Positions 51,591-64,000 of a stretch of DNA of 64,000 nucleotides are shown piece by piece. This DNA is from the human T2T-CHM13v2.0 reference genome, Homo sapiens. A program made the translations under genes and the position numbers. Each line of letters starts with the position of its first letter. Position 1 is the first letter of the stretch. The stretch lies in NCBI RefSeq assembly GCF_009914755.1, contig NC_060926.1. One strand, 5' to 3'. The notes beneath the pieces are model-generated. The model made no database searches. It was not told the origin of the DNA and saw only the letters and a list, made by a program, of their open reading frames with translations.

Positions 51591-54174
51591 ATCCAGTGAG
51601 ATTAGTGAAGTGTTGAAATCTCCCCCTAATATTGTCTTGCTGTCTCTTTTCTTAAGTTTCGTAATATTTGTTTTATGAATCTGAGTGCTTGGGTATAGAG
51701 TGCGTATGTATCTAGGATAGTTAAAGCTTGTTGCATTGAATGCTTTATTGTTTTATAATGCCAGTTTAGTATTTTTATACTGTTGTTTGCTTAAAGTCTG
51801 TTTTATCTAATATAATAATAGGTACTGCTGTTTGCTTTGGTTTTCCATTTCTGATTATTGCCTTGTTGATGTTTCTTTTGTATAGTATTTTCCAGGTGTT
51901 CTCTGTCTTTCTTGTATATGATGTCTATATCTCTAGCAAGATCAAGTATTTTTTTTTCATTATTCCTTCAAATATATTTTTCAAATTTCTTTTTCTTATT
52001 ATCCCTCAGGAATGCCTGTAAGTCATAGGTTTGATCACACTACATAATCCTCCAAGGCTTTGTTCATTAAAAATATTTTTTCTCTATTTTTGTATGACTG
52101 GCTCATTTCAAAAGACTGGTCTTCAAGTTCTTAAATTATTTCTTCTGCCTTTTCTAATCTATTGTGAAAGCTTTGAACTGTATTTTGAAATTCCTATAGT
52201 GAATTTTCCATTTACAGAAATTGTTTTTTAAAAAATATATCTGTCTCATCCTTTATATTATGAATTGATTCATTTATTATTTTGTGTTGGTTTTCCACTT
52301 TCTCTTGGATGTCTTGTGCTTTCTTATAGTCCATGTTGTCAATTCTTTATCATTTCAGAATTTATATTTTGGTTGGGATCCATTGATATACAGCTTGCAT
52401 CATCATTGGAGATATTGAAACACTTTGTCTTTTTGTACTGCTGGAGTTCTTGGGCTGACTCTATTTCATCTGAAAAAGCAGTCACCTGTTTTTGAAATTG
52501 GTATTGATTTGATAGGACTTTTAAATTTATTATTCTTTTCTCCCCTGTGGATATCACTGTAGGGTATGTTATATATGAGCGTTTGGCATTGTTTCTAGGA
52601 GCTTTCAGAGAGCCAGTGTTCTGTTTGAGTTCCTTGGTTATTATCTTGTACAGTGGCTTTCTCAAATTCTGGTTGTTGTGGCAATGTATTTGGTGTATGA
52701 ACCCACTCACCTGCTGTGGGAATGAGAGTGTGGATGTCTCACAAAGCTTCTTTCATACTCTAGCATGATTCCCTTCTGTCATCAGATTTTTTATTTTGTG
52801 TTCCCATTTGGTCTCCAGTTCAGTTGTAGGCAATAAAGATTGGGTAAACCAATGATGAGTGAAAGCACCCTCCCTGACCCCTGATTGGAGTAGAGTAGTG
52901 TGGGAAGTTCATGGTGAGATGTGCTGAGGCCCAGGTGCGGGAGGAGACTACACCAGCTTGGGTGCAGACGGACACATGATCCACTTCTCTATCATGCTCC
53001 TGTATAAGGGCTTGCCATCTTCCATTCACAGAGACACTGTCCTTTATCTTCAGGGCATGATGCAACTGAGTTCCATGGGGGTGGGGGGTTGGTGGGGAGG
53101 GGTGTGGCGGGGAACCTATCTGGCAGCAGTAAAATGGCCAGGGGAAGAACCTCTTCAGTCAGTCCAAAACAGATAGATTTGCAGCTGGTCTGCCCTCCGA
53201 TGCAAGGACACTTCTGCTGTGTGTAGAGAGGGAGAGGTGAGCCTTGCCCTCTGTGTGAGCACAGGCAGCGGACACACTTTTAATGAATGTGCAGCTATTG
53301 TGAATACCACTGGGAAGGTTGTTTTCAAGTGCAGTCATGCCAGCCTCCAGAGGGAAAAACCTTGGCTACATCCATAGCATGGACAGGGGAAGAGGGGGTG
53401 ACCCTCCTTCACCTCCTTTTCCAGGCAGCCAGTGCTGCCTATCCTCTGGGACAAAACAATGCTCCCCTCTTTTGAAGACTTGGACTTTATCTGTGTTTCC
53501 TTTGTCTCAGGAGGTGCTTTGGCAGCTTGCCCTCTCATTTTCCATAGGAATGGCACATGCCATACACTAGATCTCCAGGTATCCCACAGCTCTCCGGGAC
53601 CTACTAGTCCCTGTGTTTGCCAAAGTCAGAGTGTGTTCTAGGGTGTGTTTGTGGGAGATTTAGTGATGCAGTAACATAAAGGCTGAGATTCCCTGGTCAA
53701 AGCAGTGGCCCAGAATGGGTACACAACCAGTATGGCACACACTGCCTCAGTTCAGGCTGCCTCAGTTCAGGCTTGTGCAGAGTATAACCACACGTGTGCA
53801 AGCAGGCCATCTGGTGCTCTGCCCCCAAGAAGTTCTCAGACTGCCACAGTGTTGCCCAGACTTGTGAGGGCAGAGGGGCTCTCTGACAATTTGGTACTCA
53901 GTAGGCTGTTGCAGGGTGAAGGGGCCAAAGAATTACTTCCACCTACCCTTTTTGAGGGACTCCAGGTTCCTTGCGGATCAGTCTGCCATATTCTTGCTAC
54001 CCTCCTTTTCTGCACCACAGATGCTTCTTGTGGGTTTTCCAACTGGTTTTGGCACTCTGCCCTCAGCTTTCCAGTAGGGCCGTGATTGTTCACCTATGAT
54101 CTCGTATCTGATGGAGGAGAACTTGTATCTGATCTCTGTAGCTAGTGATTTTGAATAAAAACTACTTTTGAAAA

Positions 54175-54527
54175 TAGTCATGTACCACATAAGGACATTT
54201 CAGTCAAGAATGGGCTGATTATATGACACTGGTCCCATTAGATTATAATACCATAGTTTTTCTGAAACTTTTATTATGATTAGATATGTTTATATACATA
54301 AATGCCATTTCTTACAATATCCTACAGTATTCAGTAAAGTAACATGCTTGTAGTAAAGTACAGGCTGGTAGTCTAGTTGCGACAGGTTATACCATATAGC
54401 CATGATGTGTAGTAGTCTATCCCACCTAGATTTATGTAAGTACACTCTATGATGTTCCTAGAATGATAAAATTGCCTAATGACACATTTGTCAGAATGCA
54501 TACTCATTGTTAAGTGATGCATGACTG
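54175..54527. mobile_element. Tigger3a/MER7A MITE
   Basis: Ends (t)agtcatg ... catgactg followed by TA. Internal ggtcccattagattataatacc and taagtacactctatgatgttc. Confidence 0.85.
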
Positions 54528-54634
54528 TATTTATAATAAACTTTGACAAAAATACAAGTTTGTTTGGACAACATTAGAGAATCAAGACAGTGCTATCCCT
54601 TAGAATATTTTGCGTTGATAGAAATGTCCTAAGA

Positions 54635-54786
54635 CTTATATTGTCCAATACAGTAGCCCCTAGCCCCATGTGAATATTGAGTACTTGAAATGTGCAGTGA
54701 AGAGACTAAATTTTTATTTTATTTCAATTAATTTAAATTAAAATAGTTGTCTCTGACTAGTACCTACCGTAGCAGACAACAACTGG
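54635..54786. mobile_element. MER3-like hAT-Charlie MITE
   Basis: tgtccaatacagtagcccctagcc.catgtg..tattgagtacttgaaatgtg...tttatttt...aattaatttaaatt. Confidence 0.7.
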
Positions 54787-54919
54787 ATAGCGTATTTCTG
54801 AAAATTAGCTGTGGCACTCATATAATCAGTAAGTCAAGGAAGCAAAAAAATGACAAACTAAGAGAAACTAAAGAGACTTATGTTAGTCTTTGTCACTCAC
54901 TCAGCTCTCATTCTCCCCT

Positions 54920-55600
54920 TTCAGTGCTATTTTGATCATTCTTTGTATATTTTGGGTAGATGTCCTTTGTCAGATATAGGTTTTGCAGTTATGTCCTCAC
55001 TGTCAGTGGCTTGTCTTTTTATTCTTTTAGCATGGTATTTTTGTAGTGCAGAAGTTTTTAATTGTGATAAAGTGCAACTTATTTCTTATTTCATGGATCA
55101 TGCTTTTGTTGGTATATTTACAAACTCATAATCAAACCAAAAATCATGATGATTTTACCTTACTTTTTGAGAAGATTTTTAGTTTTGCATTTTTATATTT
55201 TAGTTTATGATGCATTTTGAATTCATTTGGTAAAACATGTCAGATCTTTATCTAGGTTTATTTTCTTTTGCATATGTATGTCCAAGTTCTCTAGCACCAT
55301 TTGTGAAATGACTATCTTTTTTCCATTGAATTCATATTACTTCTTTGTAAAAAATCTGTTGAATATATTTACATGAGTATATTTGGGGTTCTATATTTCT
55401 TTCTTTTACCTATGTGTCTCTTCTGCCTAATACCAGAGTGTGTTGATTATTATAGATTTATAGATTATTACAGATTTATTATAGATTATTATAGATTTAT
55501 AGATTATTATGATTATTATAGAAGTCAGGTAGTGTGAGTCTTACTTTTTTTCTTTAATGTTGTGTTCCTTTTTGTGGGCCTTTCCATGTAATCATTTTTA
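54920..55600 (-). mobile_element. Old L1 (L1MB/MC-like) ORF2 fragment with internal (GATTATTATA)-type repeat at 55443-55522
   Basis: ttctttgtatattttgg...tcctttgtcagatata...cagaagtttttaatt...tttcatggatcatgctttt. Confidence 0.7.
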
Positions 55601-55718
55601 AATTTCCAGATGTTTTACTGTAAATTGATAATTTATAATTATATATATTTATGGGGTACAATGTGATGTTATGCTTCATAAGTTCAATGGGATACGTAAG
55701 TCAAGCTAGTTAACATAT

Positions 55719-56144
55719 TACTCTGGTTTGGATATATCTTTCAAACCTCATGTTGAAATTTGATCCCCAGTGTTTTAGGTGAGGACTAATGGAAGGTGTT
55801 TTGGTCAAGAATGCAGATCTGTCATGAATAGATTAATGTCTTCCATTAGAGAGTGAGTGAGTTCTCACTCTATTAGTTCCCAGGACAGCTGGTTTTTTTT
55901 GTTTTGTTTTGTTTTGTTTTTCCATCTTTTGATTCTTCTCTTACCATGTGACCTTTGCACATGTCTACTCCCCTTTGCCTTCGACTTTGAGTGGAAGCAG
56001 CCTAAGGCATCACCATAAGCTGAGCAGATGGTAACACCATGTATCTTGTGCAGCATACAGAACATGAACCTAATAAACCTCTTTTCTTTATAAATTATTC
56101 ATCTTTAGGTATTTCTTTATAACAACATGAAATAGATTAAGACA
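55719..56144 (+). mobile_element. MSTB-type solo LTR
   Basis: ggtttggata...aaacctcatgttgaaatttgatccccagtgtt...aataaacctcttttctttataaatta...taagaca. TSD catat/aatat. Confidence 0.85.
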
Positions 56145-56190
56145 AATATCTGTTAACTAAAACGCATTTGTTATGTTAAAAAATTGAAAT

Positions 56191-56530
<340 letters not shown>

Positions 56531-59062
56531 CTATAATTAACCATATTTATCATGAGGTGCAATAGATATTTTTTTAAAACCCACATATTCCTTCTGTTCA
56601 TCTGAGATTTTCTACCCTTTGACCATCAACTCCAATTCCCTCCACGCTCCAATTTTTTTTTCCTGTAAAAGCACTCTGTTCTCTGCCTCTATGAGTTTTA
56701 TTTCTATAGATTCCATATGTTAGAGAGAACATGTAGTAATTGTATATCTATGCCTGGCTTATTTTACTTAGCATAATGTTCTCCAATTTCATGTAGTCAA
56801 AAATGACAAAATTTATTTCCTTTTAAGCATGCATATTTTGTCATTGGGTATATATACCACATTTCTTTATTCATTTGTGTGTTGTTGTACACTTGGGTTG
56901 ATTCCATGACTTGACTATTGTTAATAGTGCTGCAACATACATGGGGGTGCCGACATTCCTTTGACAAATTCAAATCTTTTGGATAAATACACAGAAGTGG
57001 GATTGCTTGATCACTTGTAATTCTATTTTTTGTTTTTTTTTTTCTTTTTTTGAGGAATCTCTGTAAAGTTTTCCATAATAGCTGTAATAATTTACATTCC
57101 CACCAAGAGCGTACAAGGGTTCCCTTTTCTCCACAACCCTGCAACACTTGTTATCTTTTAACTTTTTGGTAGTTGCCAATTCTGAAAGGTGTGAGATAAT
57201 ATCTTATTGTGGTTTTAATTTGCATTTTTCATGATTAATGATATTGAGTATTTTTTATATTTCTGTTTGCTATTTTTATTTCTTTTTTGTGAGATGTCAA
57301 TTCAACTTTCTTGCCCATTTTTTTGTTTTTGTGCTGTTGAGTTCTTTCAATTTCTTACATATTTTAGATATTAAATCCTTCTCAGATGTGTGCCTTGCAC
57401 AAATTAACAGTGTGATTTTCACACTGTTAATTGTCTTCTATGCTGTTCAGTAGCTTTTAAATGTGATGTAATCCTATTTGTCTATTTTTATTTGGTTGCC
57501 TGTGCTTTTGGGGTCAAATCCAAGAAAAATAATTGGCCAGCTCTTTCTTATGTAATTATTCCGTGATTTTTTTTTCTTCTTTTAGTTGAACAATTTCTGG
57601 TCTTATGTTTAAATCTTCTATCCATTTTAGGGTATGAGTTTTGTATACAGTATTAGGTAAGGATCCAATTTCATTTTTCTGCATGTGGATATTCAGCTTT
57701 TCCAACACTATTTATTGAAGAAACAGTTTCTTTCCATTGAGTATTCTTGGCATGTTTATTGAAAGGCAATAGATCATACGTGTGTGGGTTCATTTCTGGT
57801 GTTTTAATTATCATAGCTCTGTGGTATACAGAAGTTTGTAATTATGTAGTACAATAACTTCAGCTTTCTTTTTTTAACTCATGATTACCTTGGTTATTTG
57901 AGGGTTTTATTGGTTTCCTATGTAAATTAGGCTTAATTGTATTTATGTGAAATATGATATTAGAATTTTGATAGAGATCGCATTAAGTGTTTAGATCACT
58001 TTGGGTAGTATGTGCATTTTAATAATATTAACTCTTCCAATTCATGAACATGGAATATGTTTTCATATATTTGTGTCATCAATGTCTTTCATCAAAGTAT
58101 TTTAAGTTTTAGTATACTGATTTTTCCTCTCCTTAATTATTTCTTGATTTCTTTTTTAGATAGTTTGTTCTTAGTGTCTATAAATGCTACTGATTTTTGC
58201 CTGTTGAATTTGTATCCTGTAGCTTTACAGTATTTACATATTATTTCTAACAATATTTTTGGTGGTCATTTCCTATACGTAAGATCATGTCATCAGCAAA
58301 TATCAACAATTTTACTTCTTCCTTTTCTATTCAGATGACTTTTTTTTTTCTCTTATCTTATTGCTCTGGCAAGGGTTTAGAGTACTTTGTTTAATAGAGG
58401 TGGTAAGAGTGAGTATTATTGTCTTGTTCCAGATCTCAGAGGAAGGACTTCAATTATTCACCATTGAATATAAATGTTAGCTGTCAGCTTCTTACATATG
58501 GGCTTCACTGTTGTGTTGAAATGCATGTCTTCTATACCTAATTTAGTGAGGTTTTGGTGATGAAAGTTTGTTGAATTTTGTCAAATGCTTTTTCTACATT
58601 TAATGAAATAATCATATGGTTTTTGTTCTTTATTCTGTTAACATATTTATTGATGTGTGTGGGCTGAACCATCTTTGCATCCCATGGATAAATCTCACAT
58701 AATCTTGGTGGATGATACTTTTAGTAAGTTGTTGATTTGGTTTACATTTGTTTTGATGATTATTTTTGCATCTGTATTCTTCAAGTATATTAGCCTCTAA
58801 TTTGTGCACATGTGTGTCTGTTTTGTCCTTGTTCTGGCTTTAGTAGCAGACAGTTCTTGCCTCTTAAAAAGAGTTTGGATGTGTTCATTTCTTTTCAATT
58901 TTTTTGGAAGAGTTTGAGAAAGATAGATATTGTTTCTTCTTTAAATGTTTCGTAGAATTCAGCAGTGAAGGCATCATCAGGTTTTCTTTGCTAGATGAAC
59001 TGATTCAATCTCATTTGTTATTGATATGTTTGCATTTTGTATGTCTTCATGATTTTGTCTTT

Positions 59063-59117
59063 TGTTGTTGTTGTTGTTGTTTTAGTTTTTATTTCCAAAG
59101 GTTTGGGGGAGCAGGTG
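59063..59117 (-). mobile_element. Short L1PB1-like 3' terminus into which HERV-L inserted
   Basis: tttttatttccaaaggtttgggggagcaggtg with a (TTG)n-derived tail. Confidence 0.55.
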
Positions 59118-59654
<537 letters not shown>

Positions 59655-60199
59655 AGTCCACGCCTTCTCAACGTGAACTCATACACATCTCCTGAGGTTA
59701 TACATAATCTTCAAATAAAGACAAGAGTAAGGTCATAATTACTCCTAACATAATACCTTGTACATCCAGAAATGCATCAATCCGGAACCCAAATACTATT
59801 ACATAAAGTTAGCAATACTTAAATACTGATATAAAGTCAATAAATCTTATGTCACATGATAAAGGAGAAAGAAAATGAAATGAAGATATTTTCGTAGTAC
59901 AAGTATACACAAACATGTTTTTAACAAAAGAAGGAGGAAATACTCATGACAATTCCAGTCCTTGTTTCTTCAGCTGGTCATGTGTTCGTAGTTGGTATTG
60001 ATGACTACCTTCTCCTACTACCCATTCTGTATTCTATTTGCCTTCAGCAAGTACCTCAGCAGGTCATGGTTTTTTTCCTGGTGGAGTGACCCAAACTTTC
60101 ATTCTTGAAGGGTCTGGGACATTTGTAGTCCTGCCTGGATTGGGCTGTTGTAGTTTCCCATTGACCTTAATCACAGGGCATGGTAATATTAAGAGACAC

Positions 60200-60470
60200 C
60201 CTGATAGATCTCCTATATATCATGCATATTCTTCCTTACCTCTGTTGTAGAGTAGTAAACTGATTTCATCTTGATAGTCCGGGTCAATCACCCCAGCCAA
60301 CACTGTAACTCCCTTCTTGGCCTGTTGACCTAAAGGTAGGAGGAGCCCAAAGTGTCCAGGTGCCAATGTTAACTTCTAGTTTAATGGAATCATTGTGCTT
60401 CCTGGTGGCAGCATTCCTCCCTCTGGAACTAAGACCTCTAGGCCAGCAAAACGTAAGGTCACGGGAACAG
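60200..60470 (-). pseudogene. HERV-L dUTPase remnant
   Basis: AGLEVLVPEGGMLPPG..IPLN*KL..APGHFGLLLP..GVTVLAGVIDPDYQ. Confidence 0.8.
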
Positions 60471-60633
60471 GAAGCAAAAATTTTGCTAGTAGATCACTAG
60501 AGGTGATGGTCAGTGGTCCCACTTCCACTTCCACCCCTTGATTCCTGGACCGATGAATCCTGGCTTTGGGAGAAAGAGCACCATATATTGGACGCTGATT
60601 CAGAGTATACACAGCCTTCTGGAGAACTTTGCC

Positions 60634-61200
60634 TCAGCCCTGCAAAGTATTGTCACCTAGTTGGCATTGTAATTGTGACTTCAAAAGGCCATTCCACTGT
60701 TCTATAAATCCAGGTGCTTCAGGATGATGGGAAACATGGTAAGACCAGTGAATTCCTTGAGCATGAGCCCACTGCCACAATTTTTTAGGCATAAAGTGAG
60801 TGCCTTGGTCAGAGGCATTGCTGTGTGGAATACCATGATGGTGGATAAGGCATTCCATGTGTCCAGGGATGGTAGCCTTGGCAGAAGCATTGCATGCAGG
60901 ATAGGCAAACCCATATCTGGAGTAAGCATCTATTCCAGTGAGGACAAACCTCTGCCCTTTCCATGATGGAAGAGGTCCAATATAATCAACCCACCACCAG
61001 GTAGCTGGCTGATCACCCCAAGTAATGGTGCCATATGGAAATCTCAGTGTTGGTCTCTGCTGCTGGCAAATTAGGCACTCAGCAGTCACTGTAGCTAGGT
61101 CAGCCTTGGTGAGTGGAAGTCCATGTTGCTGTGCTGAGCCCACGTATAACCTCAGTACCTGCCACCATGGCCACTTTGTTCATGGGCCCATTGGGCGATA
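60634..61200 (-). pseudogene. pol: HERV-L integrase remnant
   Basis: ECLICQQ...WWVDYIGPLP...GIDAYS...SDQGTHF...IEQWNGLLK. Confidence 0.9.
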
Positions 61201-62130
61201 ACAGGAATGGCTGGGGAAAGAGGCTGAGTGGTGTCCACAGAACGGGTCATCCTATTGACTTGATTATTAAAATCCTCCTCTGCTGAGGTCACCCATTGGT
61301 GAGCACTCACATAGCATACAAATATCTTAACAGTTTTTGATCACTTGGAGAGGTCCATCCACATCCCTCTTCCCCAAATTTCTTTGTCACCAATTTTCCT
61401 ATCATGCTTCTTCCATGTCCTTGACCATCCAGCCAAATCATTAATGACAGCCCATGAATCAGCATATAATTGTACATCTGGCCATTTATCTTTCCATGCT
61501 AAGTGCATAATCAGGTGCACTGCTTGAAGTTCTGCCCACTGGGAAGATTTCCCTTCACCACTGTCCTTCAGGAATATCCTAGAAAGAGGCTGTAGTGTTG
61601 CAGCTGTTCACTTTCAGGTGGTGCCTGCATATCGTGCAGAACCATCTGTGAAGCAGGTCCTAGTTTTCTCTTTCTCTGTCAACTGATCTTAGGGAACTTC
61701 CCATAAAGCCACTGGTGCAGGCTTGGGGAGAGAAGGCAGGGTGGCCGGAGTACAGACCATGGGCATTTGAGCCACTTCCTCATGTAACTTCCTTGTGCCT
61801 TCAGGACCTGTTCAAGCCTGATCACATATATACCACTTCTATTTAATGATGGAATGCTGCTGCACACAACCCACTTTATGGCTAGATGGGTCAGAAAGCA
61901 CCCAGTTCATGATAGGCAGTACAGGTGGCATGGTGCCTTGATGACCCGTAGGCAAACATTCAGTTTCCACCAAAGCCCAGTAACAGGTCTAGAGCTGTCT
62001 CTCAAAAGGAGAATAGTTATCTGCAGAAGATGGCATGGCCTTGCTCTAAAATCCTAGAGGACTCTGCTCTGATCCACCTATGGGGGCCTGCCAAAGGCTC
62101 CAGTAAGCCTCCCTATCTGCCACTGACACC

Positions 62131-63188
62131 TCAAGCACCATGGGATCTGCTGGATGATATGGCCCAAGTGGCAGAGCAGCTTGCACAGCAGCCTAGATCT
62201 GTTGCGGAGCCTTCTCCGCCTGGATTCCACTCCAAACTGGCAGCCTTTCGGGTCACTTGATAAATGGCCCAGAGTAACAAAGCCAAATGACGAATGTGTT
62301 GCCTCCAAAATACAAATAGACCCACTGGGCGTTGTGCCTCTTTCTTGCTTGTAGGAGGGGCCAAATGCAGCAACTTATCTTTCACCTTAGGAGGAATATC
62401 TCAACAGGCCCCACACCACTGGACCCCTAGAAATTACTGAGGTAGAAGGTCCCTGAAATTCAGTTGGATTTATTTCCCATCCTCTGGCACTCAAATGTCT
62501 CACCAATAAGTCTAGTGTGTTTGCTGCTTCTTGCTCACTGGATCCAATCAGCATAATGTCATCAATGTAATGGACAAGTGTGATATCTTGCAGAAGTGAA
62601 GTGATCATGGTCTCTCTCAATAAGATTATGACACAAAGCCAGAGAGTTGATATACCCCTGAGGTAGGACAGTAAAGGTGCATTGCTGGCCTTGCCAGCTG
62701 AAGGCCAATTGCTTCTGGTGGGCCTTATGGACAGGAATGGAGAAGAATGCATTTGCCAAATCAGTGTCTACATACCAGGTACCAGGAGATGTGTTAATTT
62801 GCTCAAGCAATAAAACCACATCTGGTACAACAGCTGCAATTGGAGTCACCACCTGGCTTAGCTTATGATAATCCACTGTCATTCTCCAAGAGCCGTCTGT
62901 CTTCTGCACAGGCCAAATAGGAGAGTTGAACGGGGATGTGGTGGGAATCACCACTCCTGCATCTTTTAAGTCCTTGATGGTGGCACTAATCTCCACCATC
63001 CCTCCAGAGATGCAATATTGTTTTTTATTTACCATTTTTCTAGGTAGAGGCAGCTCTAATAGCTTCCATTTTGCCTTTCCCACCATAATATCCCTCACTC
63101 TACCAGTTAGGGGGCCAATGTGGGGGTTCTGCCAGCTGCTAAATATGTCCATGCCAATTATGCATTCTGGCACTGGGGAAATGACCAC
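62131..63188 (-). pseudogene. pol: HERV-L reverse transcriptase remnant (frameshifted over three ORFs)
   Basis: ORFs 62562-63188, 62387-62752 and 62131-62385 carry consecutive RT segments. Confidence 0.9.
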
Positions 63189-64000
63189 AGGATGAATTCA
63201 GGGACCCACTGGACCCACTGCAAGTCAGATCTGAGCTAAAACTCCATTAATTACCTGATCTCCACAAGTTTCTACTTTAAATGGAGGCCCACAATGACGT
63301 TTTGTGTCCTCTGGAATCAATGTCAGCTCAGAGCCAGTGTCCAGTAGTCCCTGAAATGCCTATCATTTCTCTTTCACCAGAAGTCTCCTTGGGGAAGGAT
63401 GGAAGAAATATTAACAGCATAAATTGTCAGTAGTGTAGTGGGGTCCTTCCTTAAGGGGACCGGGACTCCCCTTCATTCAAGGGGTACTGGGTCTGTAAAC
63501 TGGATCAAGTCTGGAAATTGATTGAGGGGCCATGATTCTCTGTTTTTATAATCCAAATTGGTCTTTTGTCCATTTGACCTAGAAGTTTTCTGCTTATGTA
63601 AATTAAGGAGGAATGCAATAGGCTTCCTATTAATTTTAATTCTAGGAACACTGTGATTAATTAGCTAATGCCCAAACTCTACACAAGTCAGAGTATTTTT
63701 AATGCTGCTTTGCCTCTGCTGTTTATTACAGTAGCTATGCTCACCTTGATTTTGATGGTTCAGTGCCACCACTTGGCTTCTGCTGCCTGGGATCCAATTA
63801 TTCCCACTGTATTTAAATTTTGTAGTTGAGTGACTGTGGTTCCCACCGTTAGATCTGACATATGGAGAAGAGCAATTACAGGGTTTTTTAAAGATGCAGA
63901 TGCTGCCCTCATAAACTTATTTCACAAGGCATTGGTCAAGGGTATGTCTTCTAGACACTCCCAGCCGGGATGAGTATGTCTAAAGTGACTAACCCACTTC

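Larger units (their letters stand above)
47320..54155 (-). mobile_element. Near full-length L1PB4-like LINE-1, interrupted by an AluJ and a mini-L1
   Basis: L1PB3/4-type 3'UTR at 47320-47650. ORF2 remnants to ~51900 (e.g. [12 protein letters not shown]). ORF1 remnant at ~52000-52500 (SMDPNQN..SEM). GC-richer 5'UTR at 52550-54155. Confidence 0.88.
59655..64000 (-). mobile_element. HERV-L internal region (gag end, protease, RT, RNase H, integrase, dUTPase), degenerate, continues beyond the window
   Basis: Protease GLLDTGS (63330-63350). [41 protein letters not shown]. RNase H FTDGS with stops. Integrase with HHCC and D,D,E motifs. dUTPase after IN; no env. Confidence 0.95.

Noticed and set aside
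62131-63188. Reverse transcriptase ORFs as a novel RT-based system
   Set aside because: Ordinary degenerate HERV-L pol in canonical domain order.

Overview
Human genomic DNA (identified by a human-specific AluYb8 at 169-477). The window is AT-rich and CpG-poor, and well over half of it is interspersed repeat: eight Alus plus a FLAM monomer, two L1s with both ends present (L1MA2/3-like on +, L1PB4-like on -), several L1 fragments, L2/MIR relics, MaLR LTRs (MLT1A, MSTA, MSTB, MLT1I-like), Tigger and Charlie DNA transposon fossils, and a degenerate HERV-L provirus running off the right edge. There is no complete protein-coding gene, rRNA, tRNA or CRISPR array. The ORF track is almost entirely repeat-derived or chance. 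A few short candidate exons suggest the window is intronic to a + strand gene or lncRNA, possibly with an antisense transcript; I could not name the gene. I found no convincing new biological system. The most unusual signals are repair and retrotransposition scars: (i) two ~1.1 kb-displaced templated duplications, one inserted at the tip of an AT-rich palindrome; (ii) a 3'-truncated L1 whose target-site duplication copies a perfect splice donor; (iii) a 5'UTR-3'UTR mini-L1; (iv) several short fold-back insertions. Subfamily names come from my recall of consensus sequences, and boundaries of old repeats are approximate.
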